DNA from: a virus
Lineage: Duplodnaviria; Caudoviricetes
IMG/VR virus record: IMGVR_UViG_3300025000_000128
Span: 1-55,412 of that record
Direction: 5' to 3' (one strand)
DNA: 55,412 nt
Part shown: positions 52,305 through 55,412 of the stretch, piece after piece
Layout of the letters: every line of letters starts with the position of its first letter
Numbering within the stretch: the first letter of the stretch is position 1
Notes under the pieces: generated by a model
What the model was told of the DNA's origin: nothing
Databases searched by the model: none
What the model saw: the letters and a program-made list of their open reading frames with translations, nothing else
Made by a program: the position numbers and the translations under genes

Positions 52305-52505
52305 ATGATACTGGAACAAATACAAGAAACATCACCAAAAAATTATTGTATTATGTCTCAGAAGCTTGCTGGAATATTGATGGCAAAAGGATTTAAATTA
52401 AATGATACTGCACCAAATAAAAAATATCCACATATGAAAGTATTTTATTTTTCTTGTAGCGATGAACTAATTCAAATAGTTGATGATTACATAAAAAAGA
52501 AATGA
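52305..52505 (+). CDS. DUF5659-like small protein
   Basis: SQKLAGILMAKGFKL..PNKKYPHMKVFYFSCSDELIQIVDDY. Confidence 0.75.
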   Translation: MILEQIQETSPKNYCIMSQKLAGILMAKGFKLNDTAPNKKYPHMKVFYFSCSDELIQIVDDYIKKK

Positions 52506-52529
52506 TAAAATAAAATAAACAAAAAATTT

Positions 52530-52700
52530 CTATTTCGCGTTTAGCGAATAGGAGGATATTATGCTCTCTTATTAAGAATTAGTCTCTCTTATTACACCTT
52601 ATTTTACCCCCTGTTTTTTAGGGGTGTAACCAAAGCATTACCTTATTATCGTACCCCCTAAAATTAGTGGGTATAAACTTTTACCTTATATTAACCATAT
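52530..52700. repeat. short-repeat cluster (candidate origin/operator)
   Basis: TTCGC-GTTTA-GCGAA hairpin, CTCTCTTATTA x2 (52564,52584), ACCCCCT x2, TTACCTTAT x2, TACACC/GGTGTA. Confidence 0.55.
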
Positions 52701-52742
52701 ATTTACAAATAAATTATAGAAAGTAGAGAACAAACAAACAAA

Positions 52743-54125
52743 ATGACAACAAACAAAGAAAATTTATGGTCTAAGATTCCAAATAGATTTTTCTATTCTA
52801 TTGAGGAAGGAACGGATAGTATCTTAAAACAAACAAAATTCAAAGATAAAACATTGCTGATATTAGATTACTTGTATATGCAAATGAATAGAAGAAAGAT
52901 AATAAAATTTACTTTAGAGAATATGATTATTGAGTGTGGATTTATTTGTAGCACAAAGAAAGGTGAAACAAATTTTCAATTCAAAGAAATATTATCAATA
53001 TTACATAAGATAAAAGTTATTGAATATGAAGGAGATTTTGAGAAAGTTTCTCCTAAAGAGTTAATAGTTTGTTCATTGACTCTTGATTTATCTAATAAGT
53101 ATACAGAATTGTATGATGCCGAAAAAGAAAAGATACATAATCAAGAAATAGAAAAAGTTGATAATTTAAAACTGCTTATGTATTACTGTTACTTGAAATG
53201 TAGAATGTATAAGCGTCCAAAAGGAGATGAATTAGTTAAATCAGGTGGAAGGTCGGAGGTTGCATATCCACCATTTAAGAAGATTACTGAGGATTTGGGT
53301 CTTACAGATGATACAATTGATAAATATAATAAAATTTTGGTTGCTTTAGACATGATTAGATATAAGTCAGCAGGGACTTGGTATTATAAAAGTGATCCTA
53401 ATAAGATAGTAAGAGAAAGTGTTAATTTTTATACTCTGTTTACAGACGAAGAAACCGCACAACATAATCTTAAAGAGGGAATTAAATTCTATAAAAAAAT
53501 GGATAGAAATTCTAATAAAGTTTTTACTGGAAGCAAAAATTATAAAAATAATAATAAAATATTAAATGGTGAATTGGGTTCCATAATTAAGAAAGAGAAA
53601 AGGGGCACTGCTACAGCAGAGGATATTATTAGAAAGAATCAGATTATATTTTCTATTACTGCAAATGAAGAACAACATGGTATTCAAGCTTTATTAGATT
53701 CTAATCCAAATACATTACTTTCTGATATTTATAGTGGTTTTAATAGTGAAAAGAAAGCAGATAAGTATTATGATTTGGAAGAGTCATTAGGACTTCTTGA
53801 TACTGGTAAGGAATTTGGAGTTGATTTTAAGTATTATAAATGGATAATGATGAACTATGATAAAGAAGAGCATGATAAATTTATGCATTGTGTTAATAAT
53901 AAAAAGAAAGCTGGATTAAAGACTGAGGATATAATATATTTTGCGGATAAAACGTCAAAACATAAAGGATTTGGGTTACAGAATGATAAAAAGGTAATAA
54001 AGGAAGATATAATTGTAGAAGAAACTTATGTGTCAGAAAAAGATGATAGTGCTTTTATAGAAGAAATGGGATGGGAACCTGAAGCAGATTATATGGACTG
54101 GACAGATGATGACGAAGATTGTTAA
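52743..54125 (+). CDS. putative winged-HTH replication-initiator-like protein; paralog of 10301..11422
   Basis: VAYPPFKKITEDLGLTDDTIDKYNKILVALDMI HTH-like segment; acidic tail; hairpin 54142-54167 follows. Confidence 0.55.
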   Translation: MTTNKENLWSKIPNRFFYSIEEGTDSILKQTKFKDKTLLILDYLYMQMNRRKIIKFTLENMIIECGFICSTKKGETNFQFKEILSILHKIKVIEYEGDFEKVSPKELIVCSLTLDLSNKYTELYDAEKEKIHNQEIEKVDNLKLLMYYCYLKCRMYKRPKGDELVKSGGRSEVAYPPFKKITEDLGLTDDTIDKYNKILVALDMIRYKSAGTWYYKSDPNKIVRESVNFYTLFTDEETAQHNLKEGIKFYKKMDRNSNKVFTGSKNYKNNNKILNGELGSIIKKEKRGTATAEDIIRKNQIIFSITANEEQHGIQALLDSNPNTLLSDIYSGFNSEKKADKYYDLEESLGLLDTGKEFGVDFKYYKWIMMNYDKEEHDKFMHCVNNKKKAGLKTEDIIYFADKTSKHKGFGLQNDKKVIKEDIIVEETYVSEKDDSAFIEEMGWEPEADYMDWTDDDEDC

Positions 54126-54201
54126 TTAGAGATTAATGAGTATTGGGACGGTTAATTCCGTCCCAATAATTTAAGGAGGAATCAATATAAAAAGATTAAG
54201 T

Positions 54202-54369
54202 ATGACAATTGATGTTCATTTTGAAGAAAGTGATAAATATAATTTTTCTGAGGAAGAAAGAGATACTGCTATTAAAGATTTGCAAGATAGTATTAAAGCA
54301 GAATGTATTATGAATAATATCAAAGAAGTATATAGTTGGAAATTGGCTAGTGAATTTATATGTAGATAA
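54202..54369 (+). CDS. hypothetical protein (55 aa)
   Basis: MTIDVHFEESDKY..; RBS distant. Confidence 0.45.
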   Translation: MTIDVHFEESDKYNFSEEERDTAIKDLQDSIKAECIMNNIKEVYSWKLASEFICR

Positions 54370-54520
54370 AATAAATAAAATGTATGATTTATTTGGTTTA
54401 TAGTTTTGAAAAATGGAGTAAAATGAAGCATGAGTGAGCATAAAGGATGTGGGTTTTAATGTAAAATTAAAATTAGATAATATTAAGATAATAAATAAAT
54501 TATAGAAAGAGGAAAACATA

Positions 54521-55246
54521 TTGAAATACATGGGTAGTAAACAAAGATTATCGAAGGATATTTCTCCAATTATTAATAATTTTATCAATAAATACAACAT
54601 AGAAACATACATAGAACCTTTTGTTGGTGGAGCAAATATGATTGAACATATTAAATGCAAAAATAAAATTGGTTCAGATAATAATGAATATCTAATTGAT
54701 ATGTGGAATGTGTTGCAAGATGGATGGAGACCACCTGAGACCATGACAAAAGAAATGTATGACGATATTAAGAATAATAAAGATGAGTATGGTAAATCAT
54801 TGGTTGCTATTGCAGGATTTTGTGCCACTTATAATGCAAAATGGTTTGGTGGATATGCCGGAATAGTAAAAACTAAAATAGGTACATTAAGAAATTATTA
54901 TGATGAGGCTGTGCGGAATATTATTAGGCAAACATTAAATATAATGGATGTTGAGTTTATCAATGAGGATTATACATATTTTACAGATTATAAAAATTGT
55001 CTAATATACTGTGATCCACCATATCAAGGGACTACTAAATATGGATCAAGTAAAGATTTTGATTATGAAAAGTTTTGGAACTGGATTAGAGGAATGTCTA
55101 AAAATAATATCGTGTTAGTTAGCGAATATAATGCTCCAGATGATTTTATTAATGTTTATGAGAAAAAGGTAACAACCACATTAGATAAAAATAGCAGAAA
55201 AGAGGATATAGAAAAACTATTTATGATACATAGGGATTCCAAATAA
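54521..55246 (+). CDS. DNA adenine methyltransferase (Dam/D12-like), orphan
   Basis: MKYMGSK, YIEPFVGG, IYCDPPY, LVSEY. Confidence 0.9.
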   Translation: MKYMGSKQRLSKDISPIINNFINKYNIETYIEPFVGGANMIEHIKCKNKIGSDNNEYLIDMWNVLQDGWRPPETMTKEMYDDIKNNKDEYGKSLVAIAGFCATYNAKWFGGYAGIVKTKIGTLRNYYDEAVRNIIRQTLNIMDVEFINEDYTYFTDYKNCLIYCDPPYQGTTKYGSSKDFDYEKFWNWIRGMSKNNIVLVSEYNAPDDFINVYEKKVTTTLDKNSRKEDIEKLFMIHRDSK

Positions 55247-55290
55247 AAGTTCTGTTTGATTTGATATAAAAATAAAAGAAAGGTAATAAT

Positions 55291-55412
55291 ATGTACACTT
55301 TAAATATTGAAAATTTAACAAAATGGGCATTATTAAAGAACCCAGAAGGTGTGTCTATAGGGTTTATTAGAGGATTTAGTGAGTATTTAAAAACTCCTGT
55401 AGATTGTTATAT
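55291..55412 (+). CDS. hypothetical protein, 5' part only
   Basis: GAAAGG RBS; open to window end. Confidence 0.55.
   Translation, partial: MYTLNIENLTKWALLKNPEGVSIGFIRGFSEYLKTPVDCY

Overview
Low-GC (roughly 28-30% by eye) Firmicute DNA from a large SPbeta-like phage or prophage, probably of Clostridia. The left arm (1-14.2 kb, minus strand) encodes a YonO-type single-subunit RNA polymerase, an intein-interrupted UvrD-like helicase, a wHTH initiator-like protein next to an iteron-like block, and several free-standing endonucleases. A ~1.6 kb non-coding divergence point follows. The ~40 kb plus-strand early/accessory region holds ~80 mostly small ORFs, including polyvalent/anti-restriction-type proteins, a DUF262 protein and two adenine methyltransferases. 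The most striking features are non-coding: (i) two circularly permuted twister-like ribozymes and one pistol ribozyme just upstream of ribosome-binding sites; (ii) a strand-specific (T)ATAAC(A) word in the loops of all three ribozymes and of ~10 other intergenic hairpins; (iii) ~20 degenerate palindromes WTAAAA-N6-TTTTAT at gene boundaries, often overlapping stop codons, suggesting a recombinational gene-cassette array or an operator family; (iv) an ~800 nt block of large structured RNA candidates at 28.36-29.17 kb. All family assignments are from motifs read by eye; no database search was run.
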